A stretch of DNA of 63,998 bases, filler included, from Porpidia crustulata (taxonomy: Eukaryota), in the NCBI GenBank assembly GCA_964255105.1. It is 11 parts of 11 records of this genome, joined end to end, with 100 filler letters (N's around TTAATTAATTAA, not from the genome) between each part and the next. Parts side by side here need not be neighbours in the genome. Positions count along the whole stretch, not along the records: positions 1 to 5,751 come from CAXUWE010001714.1; positions 5,852 to 11,598 come from CAXUWE010001715.1; positions 11,699 to 17,444 come from CAXUWE010001716.1; 8 more parts are not named here. One strand, given 5' to 3'. Position 1 is the first letter of the stretch. Every line of letters starts with the position of its first letter. Below, piece after piece: positions 1 to 13,060 of this stretch. Below the pieces are notes generated by a model. It saw only the letters and a program-made list of their open reading frames with translations, was not told the origin of the DNA and made no database searches. The translations under genes were made by a program, and so were the position numbers.

Positions 1-202
1 GGGCGAGGAGCATCCTGACACCCTCCGCTCAATGCACAATCTCGCCATCGGGTACAGCGAGGCGGGTGAGAGACAAAAAGCGCTACAGCTGACGGAGCGG
101 GTGGTGGAAGCATACAAGAGGACGCTGGGCGAGGAGCATCCTGACACCCTCCACTCGATACGCACACTTGAAAATTTGAACAATTCTCCAAGAATACCAT
201 AG
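1..202 (+). CDS. 3' end of a TPR-repeat protein (likely fungal NLR, NB-ARC-TPR type), partial
   Basis: Frame from nt 2 reads GEEHPDTLRSMHNLAIGYSEAGERQKALQLTERVVEAYKRTLGEEHPDTLHSIRTLE...TAG at 200-202; 42-aa (126-nt) LGxEHPDTL TPR period. Confidence 0.85.
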   Translation, partial: GEEHPDTLRSMHNLAIGYSEAGERQKALQLTERVVEAYKRTLGEEHPDTLHSIRTLENLNNSPRIP

Positions 203-1456
203 AACCACAGCAATGGCTTTCAAAATTTGAACCAAAACCTCACGCTCACTATCCGAATATCTCCGAGAGGAAATCGACCAGTCCTTTTACTCGACTTTGG
301 AAAAAGCTTACATAGTCGGTCACGAGCGCGAAGACCATTGATGTTGATAGCTATCGATTGCAAAGGCGAGGTCCGTTCACAGGGGTTGAATCCTAGAGTC
401 TTTGGAACCATTTTGACTAGAACCGTCTGAACTTCGTTTGAATTTAGAAGTTTAATAAAATAGTAAGGTTGTCGCTATCTGAGTTCAGTCTATCAAGGAA
501 CACGAAAAGGTGCGGTAATGCTAATACCTAAGGTAGAATAGCGAGATACCAGGTTCTTATACCCTTGTGTGATGGGCAGACGTCGAATCTGGCTGGCTTT
601 CAGATCATTCGGAGCGCGAGAATGTCTCAATTGTTTAAAAGATGCTTCTGCTGGAACAAGGATGTAATCGGCAAGGAAGGAGATATGCACAAGGGGTGCA
701 GCATGCTCGCAAGCCCTCCTTGTTCAGGGCTGTTCTAAGGTATCTCAGAAATGTATGCAAGATGCCTCCTTCCATAAGTCTGATTGCACGTTGATTTCAG
801 CAGTTGACGTTCCAGAGAGTCCTTCCATCATACGCTCGCCCATACATCTGAATCTTTGCGGATACTAGTTACGATTCTTCGTAACAAAGGTGGCGAAGCA
901 CCAGACTCGCTCGGCCGTAGAATCGTGTGAGGCTTATCCCAATATCACAAAAGCAAGATCGAAAGCTAGAAGTGCTAGGTATGTCGAGCATACAAAGTTC
1001 TTTCATTACCTCTTGACTGCTGAGCCCTCACGGACCCGGCAGCGACTGCAATGAATCGACAAGCGAAGCCAGGAGGCAGAAGAAAGTATTACCATGGGTA
1101 TGAATAAGAGACTCTTACCCAGATATCTAGATGCATCTACTGATTGATCAGGAGTGGCACACAGTTCTCCAGCCGCAGAACCATGTGGGGTCTCGGAGAA
1201 GGGAGCGTCAGTTAACGTTGAACACCGGGAGGATGCTGAGGTCACGTCTCATGACTTTAGGCGCAAGAAGGATGGGTTGCCACCTGTGGAGGGTACTGAG
1301 GAGAAAAATAGCCATTCTAAGATACGGCGAAGAGCAGCTTGGTTAGCAGAAAAGCAAGAGTGAAGGGGCAACGGCAGTTGTCGATGAGTCATTGGTTGGA
1401 AAAATTGCAAGACATTATCTTTCCGTGAAGGTTTGTAGCGAGCAGGGCGCTATAAC

Positions 1457-2119
1457 GTGGGTCTACATGGTTTTGAAGGCGAAGGAGCAGTTTCAAGCTT
1501 TGTAGGTCCTACCACAGGTGGTATCCTTGGTATGGGTGGCATCGGATCTGCACTAGCCTGCCGCGCCATGGCATTTGATCTCGAAGTACAATACCACAAC
1601 CGCCGACAAATCGCGCCTAAGAGCAATCCGACAAATGCTAAATATGTGTCGTTTGAAACGCTGCTGAGAACCAGTGATGTGATTAGTATGGATTTGCCGT
1701 TATCCAATGCGACCAGGCATCTAATAGGGGCGAAAGAGTTTGCGATGATGAAAGATGGGGTGGTGATTGTTAATACGGCGAGGGGTGCAACAATTGATGA
1801 GCAAGCGCTTGTGGATGCGGTGGAGGGAGGAAAGGTTTTCGGGGCGAGGTTGGATGTTTATGAGATGGAGCCAAAGGTTCCCCCGCGGTTGCTGGATAGT
1901 GAGAAGGTCGTGCTGTTGCCTCATATTGGAACCGCGACTTTTCAGACTCAGGTATGTAGAGTTTGTTTTATCTTCAATAAATTGTGCTCTTTGGTTGTAG
2001 GGAACCTGACTGACACATGGATCTAGCGTAAATTAAATATTTTGGTAATCAGGAATGTTCGCAGCGCTCTGGAAAAGGGGAGGCTGATCACGCCCGTGCC
2101 AGAGCAGCAGGAAGATTAA
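1457..2119 (+). pseudogene. C-terminal half of a D-isomer-specific 2-hydroxyacid dehydrogenase (glyoxylate reductase-like); N-terminal part not found
   Basis: GILGMGGIG Rossmann motif, VIVNTARG, LDVYE, LLPHIG; GT-AG intron 1952-2026, last exon ends ...LITPVPEQQED TAA; no recognisable upstream exons. Confidence 0.65.
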
Positions 2120-2448
2120 GTCATAAGCCTACCACATATCTTAGAGTTGAAAAGTGTTAGTAAAATTTCGACGGAACTACAGACTAGAAAATGAGGAAGG
2201 CGCGCAAGAAGGGTATCCATCGATTCCGTAGCAACGAACAAGGCTTGTCCGGACACGGTGCTCCATTGCCCATCAATAATTAGACATCTAACCGGATAAA
2301 TGGTATGCGTGTAGATGCAGACGCCTCTTACACCTTCGCGGTTGTTCTTGATGCGAAGGGGGACGAGTGAGGGCTGAGGGTGATAAGCAGCAAATACAGG
2401 ATTGCTTGAGAGAGAACTGATTATACATCGACCTATTATATATAACGA

Positions 2449-4159
2449 TCACCAAACTGTGTCTTTGCGAGCGGGTCTGCCCCGTTTGGGTCCGTGTTGT
2501 GCTCGGCCTTTTGCCTCATATTCCCGCAGTAACCTCTGTGCGCTTCCTAATTCGCTTCCGGGCAGCCATGTACTCTTCCAGCGTACCCTGTACTCCGTTC
2601 CCGACCTGGTCTTTCTCTTGTCCAGAATCTTTATGACTTCCCACTCCTGCTCCTCAACCTCTGCTCGGCTACCTTGGCCCTGAAGTTGCTTGGGAGTAAG
2701 TGGTATAGTAGTCACAGCGTCGGCGGAACCGACGATCGCTGACGTCCTCCCATTGTGATCGAAACGCTTGGCTGTTGCATTAAGATCTGAGTAACGGTGT
2801 GTCTTTGGCTCTATTGCTGAACGAAGTGTATTGAGCTGGGTGTCTGCAGTATCGATCTCCGACATAATGCTTTTTATCTCAGCAGAACTGCCCTCGTCGC
2901 CAGTCTTAGAGTCCTCGTCCTGGACCACAACTGGGTTTTCTGTGGAAAGTCAAACACCGCTTCACTTTCGGGTTAGAAATCCACGTACTACACCTACCTT
3001 GACTGCCACCACTAACCTCACTCGACCGATTTGAGCCTACAATATGCTCGTTTTCTTGGAGCGCTCGGCCATAGTAAGATCCGAATCCAGGGGGAAATTT
3101 GAATACTGGTTTTGGGGTCGCTTTATTCGGCCCCTTATGCTTCTTCAATGGAGTAGGATCATGGTCATTAATGTCGGTCCTGTCCTCGTCGATCACGATC
3201 GAGACTTCTAGAGTTATCAGACGTGCCCACAACAGTCGAGACATGCACACTGACATGAACGCTCACTCTGCGTCTCACGCTTGGAATTGAGCCCAACCAG
3301 TCCCGAAAGAGCCAAGACCTGCTTGCTCAGAAGCTTGGAGGGCGTCCTGGTCGGCATGATGTCTCGATTCTTGTTCCGCCCATCACTAGGTTCGAAGGTT
3401 AGTTTGATGGGCGACTTATCGATCCTGTCAATGATTCCGGTGTTATTAAGAACTCCAGGTGAGTGTTCTGCAAGTTTATTAGACATGTTGAAGTTAAAGT
3501 GAATATAGCGTTACCATGAATGCCGCCTTCCTCCAAACCGACTGTGTCTGCCTTGCGCTTGTGGGAATCCCAAATCTCCGGTGTGGCCATTGCCACCATA
3601 GGCCCGTCCTGGGTAGGGAGCGTTGGGTTTGACATCCTCGATGAAGGACTTTGCTCCACCTGTGGTTGTGCGGCACCTCCTTGAAGATGAAATTGGTCTG
3701 AAGCTAACAAGGCCGTCCAGGCGTCAATGTCGAGGAATTGGTTATCAGACAGAGCTTGATCAATCTTCTCCAGCGGAAGAGGTGTATTCTTGTCGGCCTT
3801 AGACGAAAGGTTGTGGGGGGTTCCGAAAGACTCGATAGATGGAAGGCAAAGGTCTTCCTCGTTATTGGTGTTATTGTCGCCACCGCCGCGATTGTCCCCA
3901 GCCGTTTCCGAATTTTCTGCATCCGTTAGATATATTTCTCATGACGCTAAATTCCAACAATACCTCCGTCCCCAACTCTGCTATTTCCAGAAATCTTGTT
4001 CTGAAGCGGAGGATCGATTTCGCGATTCGTCTTGAACGGATTGGCCAAGTTGTCGCGCTGTATAGTCGCTGTACGTTTTCCGTCAGCATTACCCAAACTT
4101 GGTGGCCTAAGGCTGGGGCGTGGGCTTGGTCGTGGTTGGTAGAAATGGATGGAAGTCAT
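2449..4159 (-). CDS. Multi-exon protein with long disordered region and C-terminal chromodomain
   Basis: ATG at 4159 (MTSIHFYQP); four GT..AG introns join ORF pieces 3947-4174, 3399-3710, 3217-3486, 2906-3256 and 2449-2928; last exon WEVIKILDKRKTRSGTEYRVRWKSTW. Confidence 0.7.
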
Positions 4160-5751
4160 GTCGATTGCAGCCATCGTGGGATAAAACTGCGAGGGGATCT
4201 TGTAAACATGAAAACAGCGGAAATCGCTGCCTATTCTAAAGGGGAGCGCAGAGGATTATATGTTGAAACCCGTTAGCCGCTCTCTGCACAAAGGCACACC
4301 CAATCCTATTGCGGACCACACCATCTCTGCGCTGTTCCTCTAAAGCGTCGTAAGCCCCCCTCTTGGCTGCACAAACCCTCGAGGATTGCCCAGCCCCCAA
4401 CAATTCCTATTTCCCCTCCTTTGTTCTCTTGCCGTCCAATCCACGCGCTATATTCCATGGGACGACGTGCAGCCGGAGGTCTCCACTGTAGCAGCCAGCT
4501 GGATCGTCGTCGATCTTCATGGATCAAACCTCACAGAACGCCTCGCAGAACGCCTCGCGAGACACTTGGTAAGACCCAGGCCACTTGGATTTTCCCCTCT
4601 AGAGCTAATCGTCGATGATCCACCGATAGTCTATGGCCCGGCATCGGCACGACTGAGACAATCTCCTTCGTGAGCTGAGAACCTTTCGCTGCAGATGGCA
4701 AAGATGAAGGGTGTTCAACAAGGGGCACAGGACGGCACAGGAAAGTGTCACCTCTCCCATAACCCAAAACCCTATCCAGGCAGTGCTGCGCAATGCACAC
4801 GCATGCCCTCCCCGTCGAGCCGGTGCCACGTCAGCACCAATTGGTGCCCAAAACCAGTCGAGCTGAACTAGATTAGGCGGCCCAATTGCCGCAAGCCAGG
4901 CTTTTGCAGGAGATGTCACCAGACCATTAGCTACAGTATCACGCCGTCCATTCGCCGGCGGCGCAGCAGGAAATACACTCAGAGTGGTGTGAGGCATTTG
5001 TTCGATAGGTCTCGGCCCACAGGCGGTATTTTTGGGCAGGCTTCATCTTGCTCGCGCCCTTGTCGTGGCAATGGCGATAGCCTAACAACCCATGGAAGAT
5101 AATTGTCGCGCTAGAAGAGCGAGGAGCAGAAGGTCGGCTGTGGGTAGGAAACTGAAAGACACTGAGAGAGGGAAACCAGAAGGTCGAGGATGGCTCCAGG
5201 AGACATACGTGAGGGACGCGAAGGACAGCAATCGAAGAAATCAGGGTAACATTTGCGCGCCATCAAATGTGGGAGACCATGAGCAAAACCGGAAGGAACA
5301 AGTCTTGGCCAAATAGGCGGCGTGGAAACTGGGCCAATGGAATCAATCATCGCAAAAGTGAGGCCTCTCCTAGACGTGGGTTGAGGTCCGAGCGAAGGGT
5401 CATGAGACGGAGATGAGAAGCCGACAAAGAACCCAGGCGAAAAAGACAAAGGAGACGAAGAGAAAAGATTGAGGACGAGGGACAGGCGATTATTTATGGA
5501 CTGGGAAAGCGGCGAGGGGCAGTGCCGGCGCGCTTTCCCCGATCCGGGGGGGTGCCAAACCCGGCATGGCAAACACCTGAAAGTAAATAACGTTAAATAA
5601 ACGAATGTGATAAAACTAGTTATATAAGGTTAAGCCGGATAGACTGTTGTTAGCCCCAGGCTAGGAACACTTGCCCAGGACACAGGCTACGCGGGCTGCG
5701 CGTAGGCCTCAGGATGCTCACCATGATCGTGCAGATCACTAGGGCTAGTGG

Positions 5752-5851
5752 NNNNNNNNNNNNNNNNNNNNNNNNNNNNNNNNNNNNNNNNNNNNTTAAT
5801 TAATTAANNNNNNNNNNNNNNNNNNNNNNNNNNNNNNNNNNNNNNNNNNNN
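5752..5851. other. Artificial contig spacer N44-TTAATTAATTAA-N44 (also 11599-11698, 17445-17544, 23290-23389, 29133-29232, 34967-35066, 40797-40896, 46621-46720, 52440-52539, 58254-58353)
   Basis: Identical 100-nt spacers with a six-frame stop linker; flanking contig lengths decrease monotonically. Confidence 0.98.
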
Positions 5852-6083
5852 CACGAATCATCACCTTGGAGGCAGAATTGCGTCTGTAATATTTTACAAT
5901 AAATAGATCCCGTCCGGTGCCTAACACGATGCCTTTTGCCCCCCCCCCCTCCAAAAGAACAAAATTGCACGAAGCGCCTGATCCAGTCTTCGGACTCATA
6001 CCTTACAACTACCCCAGTATGCGATGAACTCCCGTAGATTCCAAATTACGCGCGGTTGGAAGCGCCTGCCGTTGAATCAACGC

Positions 6084-7502
6084 CTAGTCCTGCTGGTTCT
6101 GATAGCCTTCTGGCTTTTCCATTTTGTTCATTTCAAAGAATCTTGATGTACCTGAGCGTGAGTGTTAGTGCCTGCGGCACAAGGGAAATTTCCGGCCGTC
6201 GATGATAGTGGAGACTTACATGAGTAACCTTTCCAATCAAAGTTTTCCTGCGGTCTGCAATGGCATTTGTTGTCGATCCTCAGTTTTTCGTCTGTGGGGC
6301 AGTGGGTAAAAGGCACGTGGTAGTATGCGATATCGTTGAAGAAATGGATTTCCTCCTTTTTCAGGAGAAGTGCTGCGGCAACGGAGTGGACGGGAGCGTC
6401 GCCCCATCTTTCGTAAAAGAAACCGCCGTCTTTATCGAGCTTGTCAAAATAATCGAGATAAGCCTGCGATCGAAGCCAGTCCAGGTTGCCAATTTCGAAG
6501 TTGGACCACTGAAATAAGTCAGCGCGGTGTTTTTCGCATTTTTTGGTAAGAGATCTTACGAAATGACAATGATTGTAGGTTTTGCCTCCATCATCGCTCA
6601 GGAATTTCATAGAGTTGCCCTCCACAATGTGCTCCGGGTGTTCCTCCATAAACCCCTTTACGCTTTTCCAGAGCGTGGGAATAGTCTCGACGTACTCGTA
6701 AAGACTAAGCACAAAACTGTACTTCTTGCCATGATCTCGCATGTACTTGAATGTATCGTATCCAATGTCACAGTACAGTTCGATACTTGGCTCAACACGC
6801 CAATACCATTCAAATTGGTTCATTAGAGGGTGGCGAAAGAAGAAGCCCGATTCAAATCGACACATGTGCCTATAGCTGACAGAATCTCCGTAGATGATCT
6901 TTTTCTCATGCATCTCCTCCCTGACTCTCTGGGCTTTATCCTGGTCAATGTGGGCCGGATATGACCAGTGTTCTTCCGAAATCTCGCCGTAGTACGTCTT
7001 CCCGGATACTAGAGCAGAAGTGACTTTCTTGAATTCCGAATTAAAAGGCTTATCATTGAGAAATACCCAGCCATAGTTATAATTCCGGTTGAATCGATCC
7101 TCAACCTGGCGAATTGACTTGACAATCTCCCACAAGTCCGAATTACGCGCCAAGGTAACGAAGGTAGCATTCATCCTTTCGCCGTCCGCAGGAGCCGTCG
7201 GAAGCCCGCTAGACGGCCTAGGGGAAACCGGCGCAGAAGCTGAGACGGCTCCGCTACTCGATTGAGATTGATGTAACTCTCCGATCGCTGCGCCTGCGTC
7301 CTGCGCATCTTTATGCCCCTTCCACGTGAAGTCTGGGGCGTCTGGTAGAGACTGTCGAGGAATCTGCGAGGATGATATAAAATACAGAATTATCACGCCC
7401 TGGTTTGATCAGCGACAGCCGCATATGACAGAGGCACTGCTTCAGGCTTACAAAAAAAGCGAACAAGACGTATCGCACAATCCTTGAGGTCCCAGCTGCC
7501 AT
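6084..7502 (-). CDS. KRE2: Alpha-1,2-mannosyltransferase, GT15 (Kre2/Mnt1/Ktr)
   Basis: N-terminal TM anchor ([17 protein letters not shown]), [42 protein letters not shown]; introns present; ends ...[11 protein letters not shown]. Confidence 0.93.
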
Positions 7503-8188
7503 CTCTCCCGATCTTGGGCCCGCTGGCAGAGCTGAGCTTTCAAACCTCTTCTCCTTTTCCTGCGTCTGGAAAGCCACGTTGACCAGTTTCTTCCTCTTAT
7601 ACTATGCGACCTCTCTCTTTCTAACCTTTTAAATCCCTACTTTTGTAATGTCTCTGCCCCTGCCCCTGCAATAAAGATGTCGTGTAAGAATAGTACGCGA
7701 TTGGTGGTACTCTTTGAGTCAACGACACGGCCATCTAAGATAGTAACCGGGACTGAAAGGGGTGAGTCGACGTTGACGATCACAGTAAGGGATGTGGAAG
7801 ACCTGGAATGCTGGTCAGGGCTGTCCAAACCATTTCCAGGAGAAAAGCGCGGTTATTTAGGCGACCTAAAACGCCTAAGGATGGGCAAATTAAAGTCTAC
7901 ACCAATAGACTGCTTGTTCACCCCGCCATTCAATAAGGTATCTACCCTTAACCCTCACCATCACCATCTTTAATGCCACTATTCACGCTCTCTCTTCACA
8001 GCGTATGTAGTCAGATCAACGCTGAGGTACATTTGTAAATTCATGAAGTTGGCGCAATCTCGGAACTGATTCTCTTGTTACTGAGCATTTCTTTCGCATT
8101 TGACTAGCGGTCGAATAAACGATTTTCGTTGCAATCAGCGAATTGACTCCTTGAAGTTCCAATCGAAGTTCATTATCTACAGGATAAG

Positions 8189-10934
8189 ATGTCGTTTTTT
8201 GGTTTTGATGCAACTCTTCCTAGAGATCGTGGCCACCCCACCAAAGCTCCTGGCTTTGGGGCAGCTCACGATCCCTTTGCCTCAATCTCACAAAACCGAT
8301 CCCTCAATCAAGATGACGATGACATGGCGTATGTACATACTACTTTTCTCTCACTAGCTCTCTAACTTACATTATTTCATGAGCAGCTTGGAATTTGAGG
8401 ATACCTACGACGGCCTCGGTGATAATTTAGAAGAAGCAAATGATGACCTGAATGACGATACCTTTGGAGGAGACACTGTGGCCGCTATCGTGCCGGAAAC
8501 ACCAGGAAAGGATTTTGACTATTATGGCCAGACTGCCAAGGTCTCAGAAGCGCTTAATGAAGAGCAACTTATGTTCAGCCGGCGGCAAGTACCCACAAAA
8601 ACTTTTGCAGCTCCGAGCCCCCCCAAGGCTACCTCCAAACCGTTCAGGACAGGTTATGAAGCATACAAGAACCCTGCATATATTCCAGATCTACAAGTGG
8701 ATGCCAGTCTCTGGGGCACAGACAATGCTACCCTTTCTAAAAAATATGGGCCTGCCGATGCGCCACTTAGCGGCCAAGGCGTTGGGGCTGGCTCACAGCG
8801 TCCGTCCAGTGGGATACCAGCTAAAAAAATGATGAGTTTAGAAGAGGTTGAGGCATCCATGCGCTCACAGGTCAAAAAACCAAGTCCGGCCCCGTCCATG
8901 CAACAACAACAACAACAACAACAACCGTCACAGTTGCCAGCATCTTCTGTACCACAGCCAGGTTATACCCGTGAGCGGAGTGAACGTCCGCAGCCATCAG
9001 CCACATACCAACCTAAATCTCAACAGATTCCCCAGCAGCAGCCCTTTCAGTATCTGCAAGAAGCAACGCAGGCCGCTATGGCGAGGCAGCATGCTCAAGA
9101 GATGGCCACTTCTGGAGCTGATCCGATTCTGCAACCTGCTACTGCACCACAGATTCTACAACGTGGACAACCTTTGCCTCAACAGACACCAGAGACTCGG
9201 AAATCGCCTCAACCTCGACAGATTTTGCAAAACCCTAGGCGACAACAAGCTCAGCTGGCTCCCAGGCCCGTGGAGCCGCCGGTACAGATCCAACCCCGGG
9301 CACCTGTTCAGGTCCCTTCTGGCCCAATCCAGCAGCTACCTATCATCACTCATCCTCAGCAAGTGATGCATCTATCCGAAGATGATAGGAACGCGTTTCT
9401 GATTGAAGACGCCAAGCGAGCAAAGCGCAACCATAAGATCTACCTACTTTCAAGAGACAATGGTCTGATGACACCACAGGACAAGAATTTTATCACGCGC
9501 ATCCAATTGCAGCAGCTCATGACAGCTACAGGTAATGTCGCAGAACAGGATCCTGATGCGTCGCTCTCGGAAGACTTCTACTATCAGGTTCATTGCCAAA
9601 TTCGAGGCGGCTCTCGGCAAAACCCACAACAACCCCTCAGCAACTTTGCACAGACATATCTCTATCAGACTGGAAGTCGTCAAGGTGGTATGGCTAGGAG
9701 GCAGATGAGAGGTAACGATAACCATATGCAGCGTATGGAGCAGCAGGTACAGCGAGCTGTCGAAGCTGCAAAGCTCAAGCCCAAGAACAAGCAGTTGGTT
9801 ATTGAAGGTAGCTTGGGAAAGATTTCATTCAGTAATGCAAAGACGCCAAAGCCTTTGCTGAACATCAAACGGCATGATAGCAGCGATATCAACAATCGAC
9901 CAAACAATGCTCGCCATCAAAGCAGTAAGAGTGTTGCGCATACTACCCTCAACGCCAGCGATAGAAAGACAGTCTTGAAGAATATCGAAGCAGTTTATTC
10001 CATGTTAATGAAAATGGAAGATCATGAGCGTCGCTTACCTCCTACACCAAATGAAGCCAGTAGCGAGACTGCTATTCAGCAGCATCTTGAATGGCGCCAT
10101 GTAATGGAGAAATTCAACAAGCAACTGTGGCGAGATCTGAAGGTCATGGAACCTATTGTGCCCAATTCCCCTGTTCTTCATCCTTTCATTGCCTTCTTGT
10201 CTTATCCCAAGGGCAAGAAAGCCATGCCCCGCATCTTCGGGCACATTGATGAAGAACAGCGTCTTACAATCTTGACCATGATCATCGTCCATCTCAACGT
10301 TTTGGACGTCATCCGCCTAGTACAGCCCCAGCGTAATGGGGCTCGACCGTCGGCCAGCGCTCGCGAGGAGGTTGAGCTTTTCTCACAGGCTGTTATGCCG
10401 AGTCTTTTCGGATATGTCAATGAAGCGCCCCTGAACATTGTGATTGGCCTGTTGGGGTTGATCCTAGATCGCGTCAACATTCAAGCCATTGCTTGCACTA
10501 AGGTCGGCTTAGCTATTTTCATAATGCTCATCAGCCGCGCAGAACTTGTGAAGCAAGCCGAAATGATAATGGATCAAGAATGGGAACAATGGTTGACTCT
10601 CTACAACCGCCTCTTCGACACCATCGAACCAATACTTGGTGATATCTTCCCTGGATCTACCAATACTAGTCAAGATATGTATGTCTGGCAATTCTTAGCA
10701 GCCCTGGGTATCGGTGCCAGTCCAGAACAACAGCAGAGGCTGGTCATAGCAGTCAAGTAAGTTTGCTTATGTAGACTTTCATCACTATCCTTGTACTAAT
10801 GGTCGTACAGGGACCGTGTCATGGAAACCGTCGTGCAGAGCAAGACGTTGCCTACAGACATGGCAACTCAAAGACTTGCTAATGTCAATCTATTCATGCG
10901 CGCTATTGGTCTAGATGTCGATTTGCTGGGCTGA
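8189..10934 (+). CDS. PAT1: mRNA decapping activator / topoisomerase II-associated protein Pat1
   Basis: MSFFGFDAT start, intron 8329-8386, LNDDTFGG, GLMTPQDKNFITRIQLQQL, EDFYYQV, LGKISFSNAKTPK; final exon DRVMETV...FMRAIGLDVDLLG TGA. Confidence 0.95.
8901..8924 (+). repeat. (CAA)8 microsatellite encoding polyQ in Pat1
   Basis: caacaacaac... in frame, QQQQQQQQ. Confidence 0.9.
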
Positions 10935-12216
10935 AGTTGTAGCAAAAAGAGAGATTTGACACGAAGCTTAGTATGATGACCTCGCTGGCCACGAATTACA
11001 CAATAGGTGCGAATCATGTTTGCGCATCGAAGGTGATCGGACAAATTGATACCTACTCGGTATCCAGAAGATCAAGAAGAAGGCTTGGCTGAGACCGCAT
11101 GCATCACCGCTTGCGCCAACATGAGTTCGAAAGCCGAAATATCTTGAAGCCATCTTGTACCATCTCTAGGAAGACGAAAGGTGACCTCACATTATGGTAA
11201 AACTGGAATGGGACCAACTCGGTCATTGACAATGAAGTATTCGACGTGAGTGGGAGATGCGGAGTTGTTCTTGAATGGGAAGCTTTTGCTACTGGCTGGA
11301 AGACAAATAACATGATTATTGCTCTGGGATTGGGGAATTTGGGAGAGGAGTAGGCATTTTTACCCACGATGCTTTGCATGCACCCATGCATTATGCAACC
11401 GAGGCTGCCGCTTCGTCTTTCGAAAGAAGAGCGTGACAGGTAGTTTGAATTGAATATTTGTGATTTTTTATTTTCTCTGTACTGACAATTGTGCTTCGTC
11501 GATTACTAGCATCACAGAGTCCTCGATACGTAGGAATCGGAATGGAGCACTTGGCTTTAATCAGATTGCTAACAGGTCAAACATCCTCTACACCAGCCNN
11601 NNNNNNNNNNNNNNNNNNNNNNNNNNNNNNNNNNNNNNNNNNTTAATTAATTAANNNNNNNNNNNNNNNNNNNNNNNNNNNNNNNNNNNNNNNNNNNNCC
11701 TTCTGGTGTGGAGAATCAAAAAATCGATGATAATCAAAGTTTAAAACATGACAGTACAGAGTAAATGTATGCATGTAGACATATCGCCATGCCTAGACCA
11801 CCCTCATCCCTCACCACCATAATGTCCAATCGCCCACCCACCAAATCACTCGCCCAATCACCATTCCCATGTTCTAGGGTAGTACCACACTATCGGACCG
11901 ATCTACTTTACTCACTGTTCGCAGGTCAAAATCTCGCTTTCCTCGTACCTTGCTCTCTCTCCGCGCCTCCCAGCCATCAGTTCATGTCCTACTACTATCC
12001 CGAAACGCTTGTCTCTACGACTGGAGCACGGGAAGAGGAGAGTATGAGCGTACCAATAAGTGATGAAGGTGGTTTAGCCGGCTTGCTCGCACGAATAGCC
12101 TCAACAGGTAATAAACTCACAACGATCAATCAATCAACCGTCAATTGATAAAATGGCAGCAACTACATTCCCATTGTTGTTATCTATTAGTCAATAATCC
12201 CAACTTACCTAGCAAG

Positions 12217-12290
12217 CCTAGGTGCCTAGGTGCCTAGGTAGACAACACCCATTGATCCTTGACCAGATCCTTGACCAGACCAGACCACCC
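12217..12290. repeat. Short tandem repeats (CCTAGGTG x3; GATCCTTGACCA x2) upstream of the AZF1-like gene
   Basis: cctaggtgcctaggtgcctaggta and gatccttgaccagatccttgaccagacc read directly. Confidence 0.7.
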
Positions 12291-13060
12291 ACGCCCGCCC
12301 GCACTTACCGGACTCTTACAGACTACTACTCTACGTTCTTCCACCTGTCCCGCACTTCCCTGGCATGAAGCGTACCGATGTCGTGACGGCGCTCATCCCT
12401 TCTACTTCCCATTGGGTTGTCGCGCAGCCTTCAGCAGCCTTTTATCGCTGGCTCTGAGCCAATCTTTCTACCTCCAGCCTACTTACGGCTCCCTTTCCGT
12501 TCCTCCCCCCTCCAAAGTCTATCTGATCCTGCAGTCCCAGCCCATCGGGTTTGCCCGTCTCCTCATGCCCCTCATATCCTTTGGCCGTCGGAGTTTTATT
12601 CCTAGGTCTTTGCTCCGTTGACGTTTGGGCTTGCTTGCGACATCTTCGACCTCACGCGCCTGTTTGATTTGGCCCGTCAAGATCGTTATTCGTACTCTAT
12701 TTATTTAGCATAAGGAAACAGTAGCTCGTAGCCTTTTCCTGACGCCCTAATGTTTGTCATTTTCAATTTAGGCATTTCATCGTGCAGTCCTGTGTTCTTT
12801 CCGTCCGTTCATCAGCAACCAATGGCAGACTGGTCCCCTTTGTTTTGATTGAAATTTTCTGGAGATCAAGTCCTTCAGGACTTGCTCCCTTCTCCGACGA
12901 GCCCGTCCGATACAACCGCTGACAGGAACTCTGGATTGAAAGCTATGTCTTCTACATCTTCCTAGGGGTTATATACCACGTGTCAGCGTCGTTACCTTGT
13001 CGGGACTGTCTGACAACCCAAAGCAGGATCAGAACCTTAGGAAGTCTGATACGTAGCAGC

